DNA of 61,471 bases, counting the filler, from Dirinaria sp. TL-2023a (taxonomy: Eukaryota), in the NCBI GenBank assembly GCA_051941275.1. It is 8 parts of 8 records of this genome, joined end to end, with 100 filler letters (N's around TTAATTAATTAA, not from the genome) between each part and the next. Parts side by side here need not be neighbours in the genome. Positions count along the whole stretch, not along the records: positions 23,175 to 30,776 come from JAVEBF010001293.1; positions 30,877 to 38,460 come from JAVEBF010001294.1; positions 38,561 to 46,133 come from JAVEBF010001295.1; 5 more parts are not named here. One strand, written 5' to 3'. The notes under the pieces are model-generated. The model was not told the origin of the DNA and did no database searches. It saw nothing but the letters and a program-made list of their open reading frames with translations. Positions 26,716-39,260 of the stretch are shown here, piece after piece. Within the stretch, counting starts at the first letter, position 1. Each line of letters starts with the position of its first letter. The position numbers were made by a program, and so were the translations under genes.

Positions 26716-27767
26716 TTACCGGCCACAAGAGTGATCACCCAAACAGCGCTTCGCCCAGAGTGGTAACTCTTTCAACGCTTGCGCTATTTTACCATCGCGC
26801 TCTGGCCCGTCCTTCAGGGACTTGATCTCGGACATAATGATCCAGGGCTTTGTCATTTTTGGCCGGCACCAACCGGCCATCTCCAACACGAATTTCACTC
26901 TGGATTGCTCTCCCATGGGCGCCCACTTTGCCGCCCAGGTGCGGATGGCCTCCGCAAACGCTATCCTCCAGAAATCGTTGGTGTTGATATAGCTGTCCAT
27001 TTGCTGGATGTCGCGCAGCTTCTGGTCGTCGGCTGGGAGGAGCCACCTATCAACTTTTTTTCCTTGCTGAGATAGATCAGCCTTCAGCAGGTCCTTCTCC
27101 CAGTCTCTTGCTCCGAGCACCCCCAGGCCCTCGTAATTGCCAGCAACGTCTTTGGGTTGGTGGCCCGAATGCTGGAACCATAGCCCGACAAAGAGCTCCC
27201 ACTGGTCCCACTGGTTCACGAACCAGTTTACTCCCCGCAGGTCACAGACCAGCGGCTCGGGGGTTGCCTGCGCCTGTGCAATCGTCATCAAAGAACCCGG
27301 TGCTGGTGGGCTCTGGAAAGGGCCTAGAATCCGTTAGAGAATCTCATGATCCGTAGGTTCTGAGCTGCAGTCCTACCTGCTCCCTGAAGGGGAGGCCCCG
27401 CGAAGATTGACGGCGCCGGCGCTATTGAATTGTTAGATGCATCGACAAAACCCTCGAGTTTAACGGGGCCTTACCCGCCATCTGCACTAGCTCCAACGGA
27501 GCCATCGTCACTTGACTGGGAGCTGATGCCCCCAGCGCCTCCGTCTCCTCCAATGCTTTGTCAGGTTAGCTGACATATGAGATCCCGTATCCAGAGAAGG
27601 CTTGACTTACCAGCGGCTCTTTTCGCCGCGTTGTACGCTCGTGAGTTTGGGTCCGAAGACCGCGTTTCCTCCTCCCACTCACTAAACTCTCTCATCCTCT
27701 TCGCCTTTCGCTGCCCACCCGTTTCCAGCTCCACGTACTCCCCTTCGGCGTTCACGGTACGAACCAT
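26716..27767 (-). CDS. Hypothetical 4-exon protein with a Trp-rich C-terminal domain
   Basis: Exons 27767-27611, 27555-27475, 27421-27377, 27323-26716; three introns with GT donors and CTAAC branch sites that keep frame. Confidence 0.7.
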
Positions 27768-28500
27768 GGCTGCAGTTTGAGAATGTGTGAAAAGTAGTCG
27801 ATGCAATGGAAGTCTGCAGTTGGTTGACGAAAGTGGAGGATGTTTGGGAGAAATTGCAAATTTGGCTTCTTTATGTCAGGTCAACAACAATAGAACTGCG
27901 CTAGTGGTTGACAATGGCCTGGCATGACAACAAGTTTCCTATTGTTTGTGTGGGCCTTGCTATTGTGCTGACACTTCACCTGCCGTGTTGTTTCCGTCGG
28001 TTCAATGTCGATCAACACTACCACAACACGCTATGGAGGGCGGCGGGGTGGGAGTCATACGGTGCATGATAACAGTGTTAACAAGGAGAATTTCTCGTGT
28101 GGCAAGCTCATGTTCAGTCATGTGTCTGTAATTAAAGTACATAGCGTTTACTTCATTCAATGTCTCCTATCATTAAGCATATATAGGATATAATGGATAG
28201 GGCGAAGCCATCATTGAACACCGTGCCCATGGAGAAGAGGACGCACAACATCGGCTCTTTGCATAAGCTGAAACGTAGACTCTGGCTTGAACTCTCATTG
28301 CGGGCGATGAATGGGGAAGGGATAGCTGCTCCCCAGCTGAATGACCCAGGATGACAATAGGCAAAGAGAAGCACCATCAAACAGCCAGTTCACTTGATTC
28401 AAAAGCATTTATCATATTGTCAGTGCGGCAGAAACCCTAGATACAGAATGTCTTTGTATATCTGACGCCATCCTTTGTCACAGACACTCAGAATTGAACT

Positions 28501-29248
28501 CTACTTGATCCCCGCCCGTTCAGCTGCACCTTGTGGGTCTTTGGTGACATCCTTTGCGACCCCCACAACCTCCTGAGCATCCTTCTCCGCAACCTGCGCT
28601 AATGACCCGTTCTCCAAGCTTTTCTGATACATGTAGATCCGCGTCAGCTGGGTTATGCCTACGCCAGCGAGGAGAAAGTTGACTGCAGCCAGCCTTCACA
28701 TAATCTTGTTAGCGAGTGTAATATACCACAATCAATAAGATGTTTTGGTGGGTAGGGGCCGTGGTGTAGGAGGAAAATAGACAGCATGCATACAGCATAT
28801 TCTTGGGCTTGATGACAAAACACCATCGCGTCCAGATCAGGCCCGTAGTCGTGAGTGCCACAGTCTGTGTAAGAGACAGTTTCTCCGCTGGCCGCGCGAA
28901 ATCGCTTGCTCCTGCTAGGACAATGGCCCACTGTTCGACCCGTCAATACGGTTCCGTGTTTCGTAAGATCAGTGTAGGATTGTTGAAAAAACGATTACCT
29001 TCATCACAGGTGCCCTGGCTTTGAGTTAGCGTCTCCTGCCCACGTACCGCAAGAATTGATCGCGTTCCTCACCAGAAATGTACCGTCTTGACGCCTACAG
29101 GGCTGTTCCATATCCTTGACAAGGTGCTTTCACTCGGCGCAGCTGCGGCATCGGTGGTTTGGTATCGGCGACCAAATGGCTGTCGCAGCGTCGAGCGGCT
29201 CGCACGTGCGAAGTATGGAGAGAAGCGCAGACCTGCTCTTGATGCCAT
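28501..29248 (-). CDS. MPC2: Mitochondrial pyruvate carrier (MPC2-type), 4 exons
   Basis: Exons 29248-29073, 29014-28999, 28930-28794, 28693-28501 give WNSPVGVKTVHFWAPVMKWAIVLAGASDFARPAEKLSLTQ...TGLIWTRWCFVIKPKNMLLAAVNFLL; absent from the ORF track. Confidence 0.93.
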
Positions 29249-29634
29249 GATGCCAGTATTGTGTTTTTCAAGGATGAAGACAGATCTGCAGAATAATGCC
29301 TTGTGTTGAGCGAAGTCGGGGTTCTTCGGGCATCGCTGAACGAAGCGGGACCATTTTGAAGTAAGCGAGGTGAGATACGGGCCTTATTCGTAAAGCCGGG
29401 CAGCGCTTGGCGGCAAACCGTCCGAAGTGTCACTTGCCGAGTCTGGGCAGGGGAGTTACCGTATAAGGTAAGGGGTGGTATTATTGACGTATTCGTAGAA
29501 ATAAAACATCACCTATCTTACCTATTGTAGGTCTTGACATACTCCGCCATATAGATGTACCTACTATCTACCAGCAAGGTGCAACTCCAACTCCATCCCA
29601 GCGTCGACAATCCACAGACCTAGATCTGTGCCAA

Positions 29635-30119
29635 ATGTCGGGCAAATACGCGTTTACAAAGGGGCTTAAAGAAGTGCGCTTCCACTTCTGTCAGTCCTCC
29701 GAGCCGAGCGCAGCTGTCAGGTAGAACGCACACAGCAAATCTATCAAAACATGATCAAGAAGAGATACTTACAGATCAAACTCCCGCAGATCATTCCTGA
29801 CGCGGGCTTATCCCACCATGAAGAGAAACAATCCACACGTCCCAATAATGATGCGAGAAGCGTTGGGGATAGAGCCCAGGGTATACGCTAGATACGGTAT
29901 ATAATCCCCTGCTCGTCCTGCGGACGTCAATGTAACGGCGAACTGATTGATGTACTACTTCTCAGAGTACGGCAAGGAAAAGTCGGAATCGTTGTCAGGT
30001 ATGGTTTTGCGATCGGTAGCGTGTGGTGGTAGGTTGTTGCTAAAGCTGCCCACTTTTTAGGTTTGAGCGATCGAGAAATCGAAGATAGCGTGACGGGACT
30101 CGTTAAGACGGGTATATGA
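29635..30119 (+). CDS. NDUFA2: NADH:ubiquinone oxidoreductase 10.5 kDa (B8/NDUFA2) subunit, 4 exons
   Basis: Exons 29635-29720, 29790-29896, 29966-29998, 30061-30119 give MSGKYAFTKGLKEVRFHFCQSSEPSAAVRSFLTRAYPTMKRNNPHVPIMMREALGIEPRVYARYEYGKEKSESLSGLSDREIE. Confidence 0.92.
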
Positions 30120-30776
30120 GAAGCAATCGAAGCGGACAAATCAGGAGCTGGATTGTCAACATATTACATTTTACAAGCGCAATGCATTCAAGAACTATAT
30201 GGCCAGCTACACCAGTAGCCAAATCTACGCTCTACCCAGCTTATGCTTCTCTCTTTAATGCCCACAGCACTCTCTCCCTGATTCTCCCCCGCTGCTCCGG
30301 CCCTTACCAAGATTGGGAGGGCTGAGGGTTACCCACAGCAAAATGAAAGTAAAGGATTTATGAAAAGCAATACCGGAGACTATAATCTGGAGGCAGAACC
30401 TCTAGAGGCTGCAGAATGCTTGTTCCGAGACGGGTTCATGCCGGCAAGGGTCTGAGGACGTGAAGAAAAGATACTTGAAAGGATAGGAGGGACACTCGAA
30501 ATCGTTGCTTCTAGGATCAAAAGCCCACAGCACATTCTTCAGACAGTCATCCCACATGGCCGATGCGGCAAGGAGAGGGCCTACCTCCTTTAAATCCCGC
30601 CCAGAAACCGTGATCGGGCTCCTCCCCTTGCAACAGACGAAGTATCAATGTCTCTCGACTTCAGCATCGCAATCTCTTTGTTCAAAACAAATTTTGCTTG
30701 ATAATAATTTGCTCCGAAAATCCATAGAAGCCAAATGACCAACCCCCACCGATCAGTCTTTCGGTCAACCTATTCC

Positions 30777-30876
30777 NNNNNNNNNNNNNNNNNNNNNNNN
30801 NNNNNNNNNNNNNNNNNNNNTTAATTAATTAANNNNNNNNNNNNNNNNNNNNNNNNNNNNNNNNNNNNNNNNNNNN
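30777..30876. other. Assembly spacer with stop linker
   Basis: N run with TTAATTAATTAA at 30821-30832. Confidence 0.99.
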
Positions 30877-31584
30877 TACCCGTACGGGGCCGCAAAATGG
30901 TACAAGCAAGCCGACCGGGGCCTCTACGGCACCTCGCGCATCCTCTTCGGCAACATCGTCTCCAAGAAAAACGAGATCAAGACCCGCCGCAAGTGGCACC
31001 CGAATATGCATTCGAAGCGGCTCTGGAGTGATGCGCTGGGCGAGTTAGTGCGGGTCAAGGTCCAGGCCCGGGTGTTGAGGACGATTGATAAGGTGGGCGG
31101 GTTGGATGCGTATTTGTTGGGGGATACGGCGGGAAGAATTAAGGAGCTGGGGCCGTATGGCTGGAAACTGAGGTGGCGGGTCATGGGGACTGAGAGTGTG
31201 AGGGCCAGGTTTAGGGAGGAGAGGAAGAGGTTGGGGGTTCCTGAGGAGGGTCTGGTTTTGATCGGCAGCGATGGTCGTGTGCTTTCTGAAGAGGGGGTTG
31301 GGGAGGAGGTTAGAGGTTTGGATGAAGAGCTGGATAATGCGGATCGGAAAGCTGAGATGGAACGTGAGACTGAGAGTCTGGTTGGTAGGCAGGTGGAGGA
31401 GCAAGAGCAGCCACCCCCTCGAGAAGTCCGGGCGGTTGTAAGGGAAGCGCAGGAGATGGAGAGGCCATTGGTGAGGGAGAGGCCGAGGGAGGAGACTGAT
31501 GCTGGCCGTATGGAGGAACAGCAGGCGCCTACGAAGGAGGAGAAGAAGAAGAGCGTGTTTCAGCGTTGGTTTGGGAGATGGTAG
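30877..31584 (+). CDS. MRPL24: Mitochondrial large-subunit ribosomal protein bL28m (MRPL24), 5'-truncated
   Basis: YPYG..WYKQADRGLYG..ILFGNIVS..KTRRKWHPN..KRLWSDAL..VLRTIDKVGGLDAYLL. Confidence 0.92.
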   Translation, partial: YPYGAAKWYKQADRGLYGTSRILFGNIVSKKNEIKTRRKWHPNMHSKRLWSDALGELVRVKVQARVLRTIDKVGGLDAYLLGDTAGRIKELGPYGWKLRWRVMGTESVRARFREERKRLGVPEEGLVLIGSDGRVLSEEGVGEEVRGLDEELDNADRKAEMERETESLVGRQVEEQEQPPPREVRAVVREAQEMERPLVRERPREETDAGRMEEQQAPTKEEKKKSVFQRWFGRW

Positions 31585-32080
31585 CAAAGTGTAGATTCTT
31601 GATCGGCTTACTACTGTCTATGTCCTGTACTTGTTCACGAATCAAGTGATGCCTTTGATAAAGGCCAAAAGAGCGGCCATGTAAATCTTGCTAGCCAGAA
31701 TATCAGCCGGACGGGAATATCAATGCATGACAATTCAATATCTCAGAACGTTGGCCTAGCTCAGTGATGATTGTCTTAATAATTCTCTATATTCCTAAAC
31801 TACTACTATAGGTATGGACGCCTCTGATATCTTGTAGCGATTGTATATCAGGCCCCAAGAGGTATATAAGTGCTGCCTGCATAGGCTGTGTAAAATATTG
31901 TATACAAGCTTCTTTGCGAGTACAATTCCAAGCCGAACGATGAGGTAAAATATCGCTTGATCGTGATTCCCATAATGGTGATTGGGACCATCCAAGATTT
32001 CCTCGGTCGGCGGGACTACATACACCTTCAAGTATCCAGGATCACCTGCACAATTTCTCAAACTTCCTAATAACGTAAAG

Positions 32081-33435
32081 CTAGCGTTTCGGAAGATGAT
32101 CCCCGGCCCTCTGCCGAGCCAGCTCAGCTCTGAACGCGTTGGTCTCCTGCCGTCGGACATCTCCTAACCCACCGCTTGTAGGACTATCCATGAACGTTCC
32201 CATAGAGTCTTCTCTCGCATGTCCGCGCCGCGGCTGCAGCTCCACGTCCTGCACTGGCTCGTCTTTGAAAGACTCACCTCGACGCCTCGCAGTTCGGAAC
32301 TCGTCTCCAGTGAGTTGAGCCGTACCGTGTCCTCGAAAATTACGAGCTCTATTCGCAATATAGCCGCGCCCACGCCCGCTTCGGCGCATTCCTAGGAACA
32401 ATCCGACGAATAGAGCCAACAAGAAGGCGAGACCAAGAGGAATGCCAACCTCCATACCAAGCTTGTTCGAGGACTTGTGTGGCGCTGGTGGAGCAGGCGT
32501 AGGAGTGTTTGAGGGTGATACTGATGGAGTTGGCCGACTGATCAGAGCAACGACTGGGCCACTGACTTGCTTTCGAGACCCGTCAGGCTCAAGATTGTCG
32601 ATCCAGATCGACAGATTGTTGCGCGTTTGACCATTGAGCCATTCGGCGTCCATGCTGACCTCTACATAGCCTTTTTCATTCGGGACTGTTTGGTCCCAGC
32701 GCGGAAAATCCCCATCCCCGGAGTCATTGACATACTTGATGGAAACCGTGTCATTTGAGTCTGCAGTGAAACGAGCAGGATCCCACGTGACTGTCCAATT
32801 GCGCAGTCAGTTGCTTGTTGCTGTTCACAAATTTGGGAGTATGGATAAAGCATACTGGAATACATTCCCCCCACCCAGACCTCATCATACATTTTAGGTT
32901 CGCAGAAAGGGCCATTCGGATCGTCTTGCCACTGCTCAATTGTACGGTGACAGGTAGAATTGGAGGATGCTGTGCCGTTGGTGGGTATTCCAGGAGAGAT
33001 ATGAGTAGGGGGTAAATCTGGGCTGGTCGTTGCTGCTGCTTGGGAAGCGGCAGAGCTTGTGGAGGTTGCCGGGGTGAGGAAGGGTTTCGCAGTGGACGGC
33101 AGACCTGCATTTGAATGACAATGTCAGCTCATGATCTACAGCATGGGTTCCAGCGCGAGTTCCCAAGCATTTAATTTCTTGCAACACTTCCCGACGCGTG
33201 GATGGGCAGATGTTGCATAATAGGATGAAGGCCGTAAGCTAATCTGTAGCTGTTGGGCTTGTCGAGGCAGTAGAATAGATTCAAACATTTCAAAGGAGAC
33301 AATTGTGGGCAACTGACCGTCGTTTCTCTGATCCAATGGAGCTAGAGCTCCAAATACCGGGGAGCTGAGCAGGAGTAAGCCTAAACAAACCAAACACAAA
33401 AGCCGAAGAGATCTCGTTGCATTCGAAGTCGCCAT
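32081..33435 (-). CDS. Type I membrane protein (signal peptide, S/T-rich region, lumenal domain, TM), possibly Psg1/YKL077W-like; 3 exons
   Basis: Signal peptide; introns about 33317-33105 and 32853-32791 give GPFCEPKMYDEVWVGGMYSITWDP; TM segment VGIPLGLAFLLALFVGLFLGM followed by RR. Confidence 0.65.
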
Positions 33436-34976
33436 GTTATTCAGGACAATTCGACTCCCCCTACGGGAGGCATATACCGAGTCGTGAAAGTGTTGGCTGA
33501 TCAAAGTCGCAACTGTGTAGGGGAAATATAGATGGCTTTATAAGGGTCGCCGATTGGGGCTGATTGCGAGCTCCCTCGAGCGGCAAGAGCACTGCCTCGA
33601 GTAGTGAGGAATCCCGTACAGAGGGAGCTCATTTCGACGGGTGACTTGTATAGCCTCGGAGTGGTTCATAGGAGGCTGGAGTGAGGGGCACAGCAAGCAC
33701 CCTCGGCAGCTATCAATCGAGCTGTTGGCGCTATCATCCTTCGCCAAGAGATTAGATACGCCAATCCCCTGCCGCTGCTATCTTTGCTCCTACAGGCACC
33801 TTAACCGTAGGTCCTCTCCTAGATGAACCGGATGCCATCTTACGGTTAGGACGATACTTACGAAGCTCAGTCTTTCCAGTACGTTTCTTCTCGTTATCGT
33901 AAAATTGGCAGAAGCCTCAGCGGAGCCACGCATTCTGACACTTAAACCCAGCGAATCTTACCAATATTCCAAATTCAGTGAGATCGAACTTAAGGAATCT
34001 GGAGTCAATGACAATTACGAAGGTGACGCAGTTCTCGACCTCTCATGATTTCGCTCATTTGCAAACGTAACTGTATAGCGCCTATCTTTCTTTCTCTTGG
34101 CCGATGAACTTGAGAGCCTCTGATGGACGGTTTCCTCTATTCACAATCAATAACCGAGAATATTCTTCGAATATCGCCCTGGCGCTCCGTCACGAAAGCC
34201 TGCGATGACAGGGCAAGATACTTATGTTAGAACCAGAGCGCCTACGCGACCAGGTGCGAGAGACTCATATTATCATAGTTGACGCGAGGCTTGACGCTTG
34301 TTTAGAGCTCCCTGTGTTAGTTCACTTGGACCATGCCACCGGTGGATCATGTTCAGATCCAGCTCTTAAGTCTGTGTTAGCATTTCACCTTGTGTTGAAC
34401 AGCCCAAGGGCTTGTGATGGGAGGTTCCAGGTTTGGGTCGAGAATTTTGAGCGAGCGGATGTACATATACAATTTTGGACGTGGCTATTCATCCTTCCAC
34501 AAGGGACAAGTAGCAGAGTCCATTCTTGCAGCGTCAATTGATATTGTTTGTGTAAGTAAATCAATCCGACTGGTAGAGACTTTCCGACGGCTCCTGTGCC
34601 CAAATGCAGAAGCGATGATGGACAAAGTAGCATGACAAAGCCGCTAATAATGTATCCTCATGATCTCAACGTCGAGCTCATAGATTTGTATCTCGCCGTA
34701 TTTCCGTAGACTGCCTTAGTGCATCTTAGCACCCAGGCCTCTAAGCGAATCGGGGTCACTCTGGACCGCCTCCTGCCAAGACTGATGGAAGCCAGCATGT
34801 TTCGTTTCGCGATGAGTCGCATCGCATGTAGAGGATTCACGTGAACTACTTCAGACTCTTATCTTCCATCGGATCTTCCTCATCCTGCATTAATCCCTGG
34901 CCCCAGACGTGTTATCTCCGAGTAATTGCACTGTTCCTCGTCTACCTGCTACAGATTTCAACTACAGATCTCAAAG

Positions 34977-35830
34977 ATGCGCCCTACAATCACTTTCCTC
35001 ATCGCTTTACCAGCGATTGCCGCAGCTCAACAGCAAAAGCCTCTAATAGAGAACCTTCAATCGTGGTTCGATAAGGCCAAATCATACATCCCAGCTGGAA
35101 CAAAGGAACCTGTCGCAGCCGGCGCAGCGAAGGCCGCAGCTCAGAGTGTCACCCCATTAACCAAAAGCAACTGGCAATCGGTCTTATCAGCAGGAGCATC
35201 AAACCCTAAGGATGGCCCGGAAGAGTGGATGGTTCTCGTCACAGGGGGCAACAAATCTTGCTACGGCCGATGCGCTGGTGTTGATAAGGCTTGGAACGAA
35301 ACGGCAGCTGTCTTCGCCGCAGATCCTACAGCGCCGCATCTGGCATCTATCAACTGTGATCAGGAACCAATACTGTGTGCGACGTGGGCTACAGGTCCTG
35401 CAAGCGTCTGGCATATTCAGCGTCCGGTGCCTCAAACGGATCAATCCACACCGGCCACGACGATTCACGTCATCAAGCTTAATACTACAACAACGACCGC
35501 TGGCGAGATAATCGCGATTCATACTGGAAAGACCTATGAGAGAGAACCGGTCTACGAGGGAGCTTTCCACCCATTCGATGGCCTACTCGCGAAGTACTAC
35601 CTTAATGTACCGCTAGGTCAGGCGCTATTCTACTTCTCGCTTATCCCCAGCTGGGCCTTCATGATTGTGATCAGTATGGTCTCAAGAAACCTCATGTTAG
35701 TCTATCTTGCCCAATAAGTACGCCACTAACAATCAGTAGGAGCCGGAGGATGGGTAATCCGGAAGTCAGACGCCAGCAATCAGCTCCTCTCGGTGGGGCA
35801 CCACCTGCTAATGAGCCGCAACCTCGATAG
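34977..35830 (+). CDS. Secretory-pathway thioredoxin-fold membrane protein (CxxxC)
   Basis: Signal peptide; EEWMVLVTGGNKSCYGRC, LASINCDQEPILC; C-terminal TM; intron 35696-35739. Confidence 0.7.
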
Positions 35831-36340
35831 GGATGGACAAATTGCTTCACAGAATTTGTGACACGGAATTTAGGCAGGCGCCTTTTCGTGGCGCTGGGAG
35901 TAGAGACAATATACCCGGGCTTTGTTACTGGGTTCACTTTAGTTGCCCAGTTCAAGGGTGACGAATTTTGACATTTCCAAAGTTGAGAGGTGTACTTGAT
36001 GGTAATCGTACGGAAGGCCTGGATATGGGATTTGACTTGAAACCTTGTAATATTTTGACAACATTCACTACTCATAAATGCTCCGTTCAAAGGCTCAATT
36101 GCACCTCAGAATGTGCTGCTTCATTGACCTTCCTCAGTGAAATTGGTAATTATCGTTACCTCGTAAGAAGCCTCTATCATTGCGTGGCGAACGAAGTCAA
36201 CGACAACATGAGGACCGCGGGACTCCTCTATTCGTAGTATTTTTGGCACAATAGCAGTGAACTATCTGCGTCCTCTTCGATTTACTTTAGTGACTACCTG
36301 CCGATCCCGTCAACTTCGCTTCTCAGCCATTATCCTTCCC

Positions 36341-37452
36341 ATGCTTCCACCACTCGACCCGAGCCTTTTGCACAACAACCCAAAATTTGCAGCGTTTTAC
36401 AAGCGTCTGTCAGTTCTCCTAGACGATGACGGCTCAATTAGCCCGCCAGCAGAGGAAGCAGAGCGACGTACGAAACTCCAAGAGGTACGTCGCGCTCAGT
36501 TGTCCGCCTAAGCCCACAAACGCGATACTAATTTTCCAAGAAGGCCTTCTTCAAAGCTCAGAAAGCTGCCGTGAAGACCGACATTCTTCGCTTCACACTA
36601 GCCCGCCTCTACCTGTCTGACTTATCTTCAGAAGTCCGTAGATGTGTATCCAATGCTTGGGCAGCAGTAATGCTAATGTTCACAGCTTTTAGACCTCATT
36701 ACTCTGATCTCAACTCCACCGCTCACCTCTCAGGAACCGAATCTTCGTCACCTCCTGTCGAACTCTGACTTTGATCTATCTTCCCTCGGATCCCTTGCTT
36801 CGAGAGAGCTTTCCTCGCTTGCTAGCCAGCTCTTTGACATAGCAAGTCTTTCATCAAAGGAGCCATATACGGTTGAGCAAATATCGGCTCGTAAGCAAGA
36901 GCTTAAGGACGCTGAGATAAAGCTGTATAACGTCCGCCTTGAGCTGTCAGGTGCTGCTGATGCAGCATGCGAGACGTCACGCGAGGTATTGCAGACAACT
37001 ATAAAGACGCTCGAGGGCGTGAAATACGGTAGTGTAGCTCGAGCCGAGATCACTGAGGCTCGGTACTATGCCACGGTTGCTGAGGGGTTGGACGAGAAGC
37101 TGAGGTAAGCCAATGTTTCCGTTCAATGAGACGCTATCATTGCATCATTCTTGATGACTTTTGCATTGCTTTGGATAGTGTTGTTGATCGAACTATCACC
37201 AGGGTCATAAAGCTGGAAGCTCTCCAAGCAATCTACGACCCAAATGTGCGTCGTGCTCTGGCAAACTACAACGAGCATCTGAATCAAGTCAAACTGCAAT
37301 TGACAGCCAGAGGACGAGCTGCTCAGCAAAAGCTAGACGAGTACGAAGAGGCAGGTAGAGGAATGAGCGTCTTAGCGACTCGATACGCAGACCTAGCCCA
37401 AGAGCTGGAGAGCGTCAAGTCCCAAATATTGAGATTAGAAGGCCAAGACTGA
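36341..37452 (+). CDS. HAUS4/augmin subunit 4-like coiled-coil protein, 4 exons
   Basis: N-terminal LPPLDPSLLHNNPKFAAFYKRLSVLLDDDGS and C-terminal KLEALQAIYDPNV...KLDEYEEAG...LATRYADL parallel recalled HAUS4; introns about 36486-36543, 36634-36685, 37105-37202. Confidence 0.65.
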
Positions 37453-38377
37453 TGATTCGATTTGTGAAATACCGGACTCGATTATAATTTTCTAAGCTCG
37501 AATTCGACCGACAAGAGTTTCAGCTCAGATACATTCTCAAGTTAAATGGATTTACTGGACATTTGAAGAGTCTTCCTTGGGAAAACAGATAGCCAGAAGA
37601 TATAACGCCGATTCAAACAGCAATCTTAGTGCTCTGGTGTTGAGGGCATGCACATGAGCTCACAGTGTCCTTTTATTGTCCCTCACTGCATAGGAAAGCA
37701 TTGACTATGCATTCCTGCTCAACCGTGCAGTGAATGATCTGTATTAATCAACTTTTGACGCTGTAGAAAGTTCCAGCATGGGACAAGCTTACTGTCAACG
37801 ACAAGCACGACAATGGGACATATATCATCACAGACGACATGGAGAACAAGTTGAGAAACGGGGACTGGCCCTCGAAATGTCTTCGGCCTTTCTTCCACAG
37901 ACAGCCGTGCAAGGATCTCGTCGATATAAGCAGAGTGGAATCTATATAGCTATTCTCTGACTTGACGGTATACCTACGAATTATCTCATACCCTGGTAGG
38001 GCACTTATTTTAGAGATTGTCAGGTAAAACAGCAACTCATTATCTCCTGTCGACATACAAGGTTGTCAACGACATGACGATGGTGTAATCTCTCAATGGA
38101 AAGTATCAACAAATCGACAAGCCGTTTTATATCGTTATAACCAAGAGAAGCACCGCGGATGAGGAACAAAAATCGATGGATGCATTACTAGGCCGGTCAA
38201 GGAATGCGCACCATTTCTTGCCGGATTGGATAAGTCTGTGTGGTAGCTGTACTGAAGCGGCATTGAAGATCATGTTCGTGGCTTCTTCCTAAAGACATCT
38301 TTCATGGCAGAGCCTATCGAGCCACTGCAGATCTCTCAAGCTCATTACATTACCTCTGCTCGTCAACGTTTTAGTTG

Positions 38378-38402
38378 CTTCTTCTTCTTCTTCTTCTTCT
38401 TC
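38378..38402. repeat. (CTT)8 microsatellite
   Basis: Read directly. Confidence 0.9.
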
Positions 38403-38460
38403 CTCCGTCTCCCGACCTATGGAATTCGTTTCGTGCGGCAATTGCTGTTTGGTGTCTAGG

Positions 38461-38560
38461 NNNNNNNNNNNNNNNNNNNNNNNNNNNNNNNNNNNNNNNN
38501 NNNNTTAATTAATTAANNNNNNNNNNNNNNNNNNNNNNNNNNNNNNNNNNNNNNNNNNNN
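38461..38560. other. Assembly spacer with stop linker
   Basis: N run with TTAATTAATTAA at 38505-38516. Confidence 0.99.
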
Positions 38561-39260
38561 TTACTTTCCTGGGCAAGAGATGAGGACGAGTTCTTTAATT
38601 TCGCTGGGCTGGGATCATGGGCGCTTTGAATTTGATTTTCCTTCTATCAGTAGTCTCCTTTTTTTTTTTTCTAAATTATTTATCACTGTTGTAGGGGCGT
38701 ACAATTGTCTTTTTTTGATAAAATTGTGGGTGCTATTTGACAATGGGGAATCTTTTCGTTAGGAAGATGAGCATCGTATAGCTTTGAGAATTATTTGTTC
38801 TATCTATACGCTATGCCTTCTAGTTTACTAGATACTGTATAGCCTGATCAGGCGCGACGGAGGTTGTCCATGATGGAAGTGAACTAAATAATAGCTTTTT
38901 TTTTCATTCGAGCGCCTTCTACATCTCTCCATCGCGCATCATATTTATAATGAAGCTTTCTAGAGCCAACGATAGATCTAGAATACGCCTATCGGAGCGA
39001 ACGCCGTGTATGCATCCTTGGCAACAGGCGGATTTGTTAGAAGGGTTTTAATCATGTTCTCCTCGGGGGGTAATGAATTGTCGCATTTTGCTTGGCTGGT
39101 GCCTGAAAGGTAGGAGCGGCCTGCTAGGAAGGAGGTGATGGGTTATAATTTTGGAGAACAGTTGCGATGTCGTCGAATAAATATGACCTGTTCCAACAGA
39201 AAGCAGATATTCCAACATCGATATACAATATCCCTACATGTGAGCCGGATTTAGATTTAA

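Noticed and set aside
30590..30770. Possible terminal exon on the minus strand (VDRKTDRWGLVIWLLWIFG...)
   Set aside because: Short, at a contig edge and unrecognised; cannot be supported
28501..31584. Three-gene mitochondrial cluster MPC2-NDUFA2-MRPL24
   Set aside because: MRPL24 lies across an artificial contig join; only the first two are linked
16618..37452. Gamma-tubulin module (CM1 protein + HAUS4), and likewise CDC48 + RPT4 linkage
   Set aside because: The genes are on different size-sorted contigs
37767..37950. Exon-like stretch KVPAWDKLTVNDKHDNGTYII...
   Set aside because: No convincing upstream exon or recognisable homology
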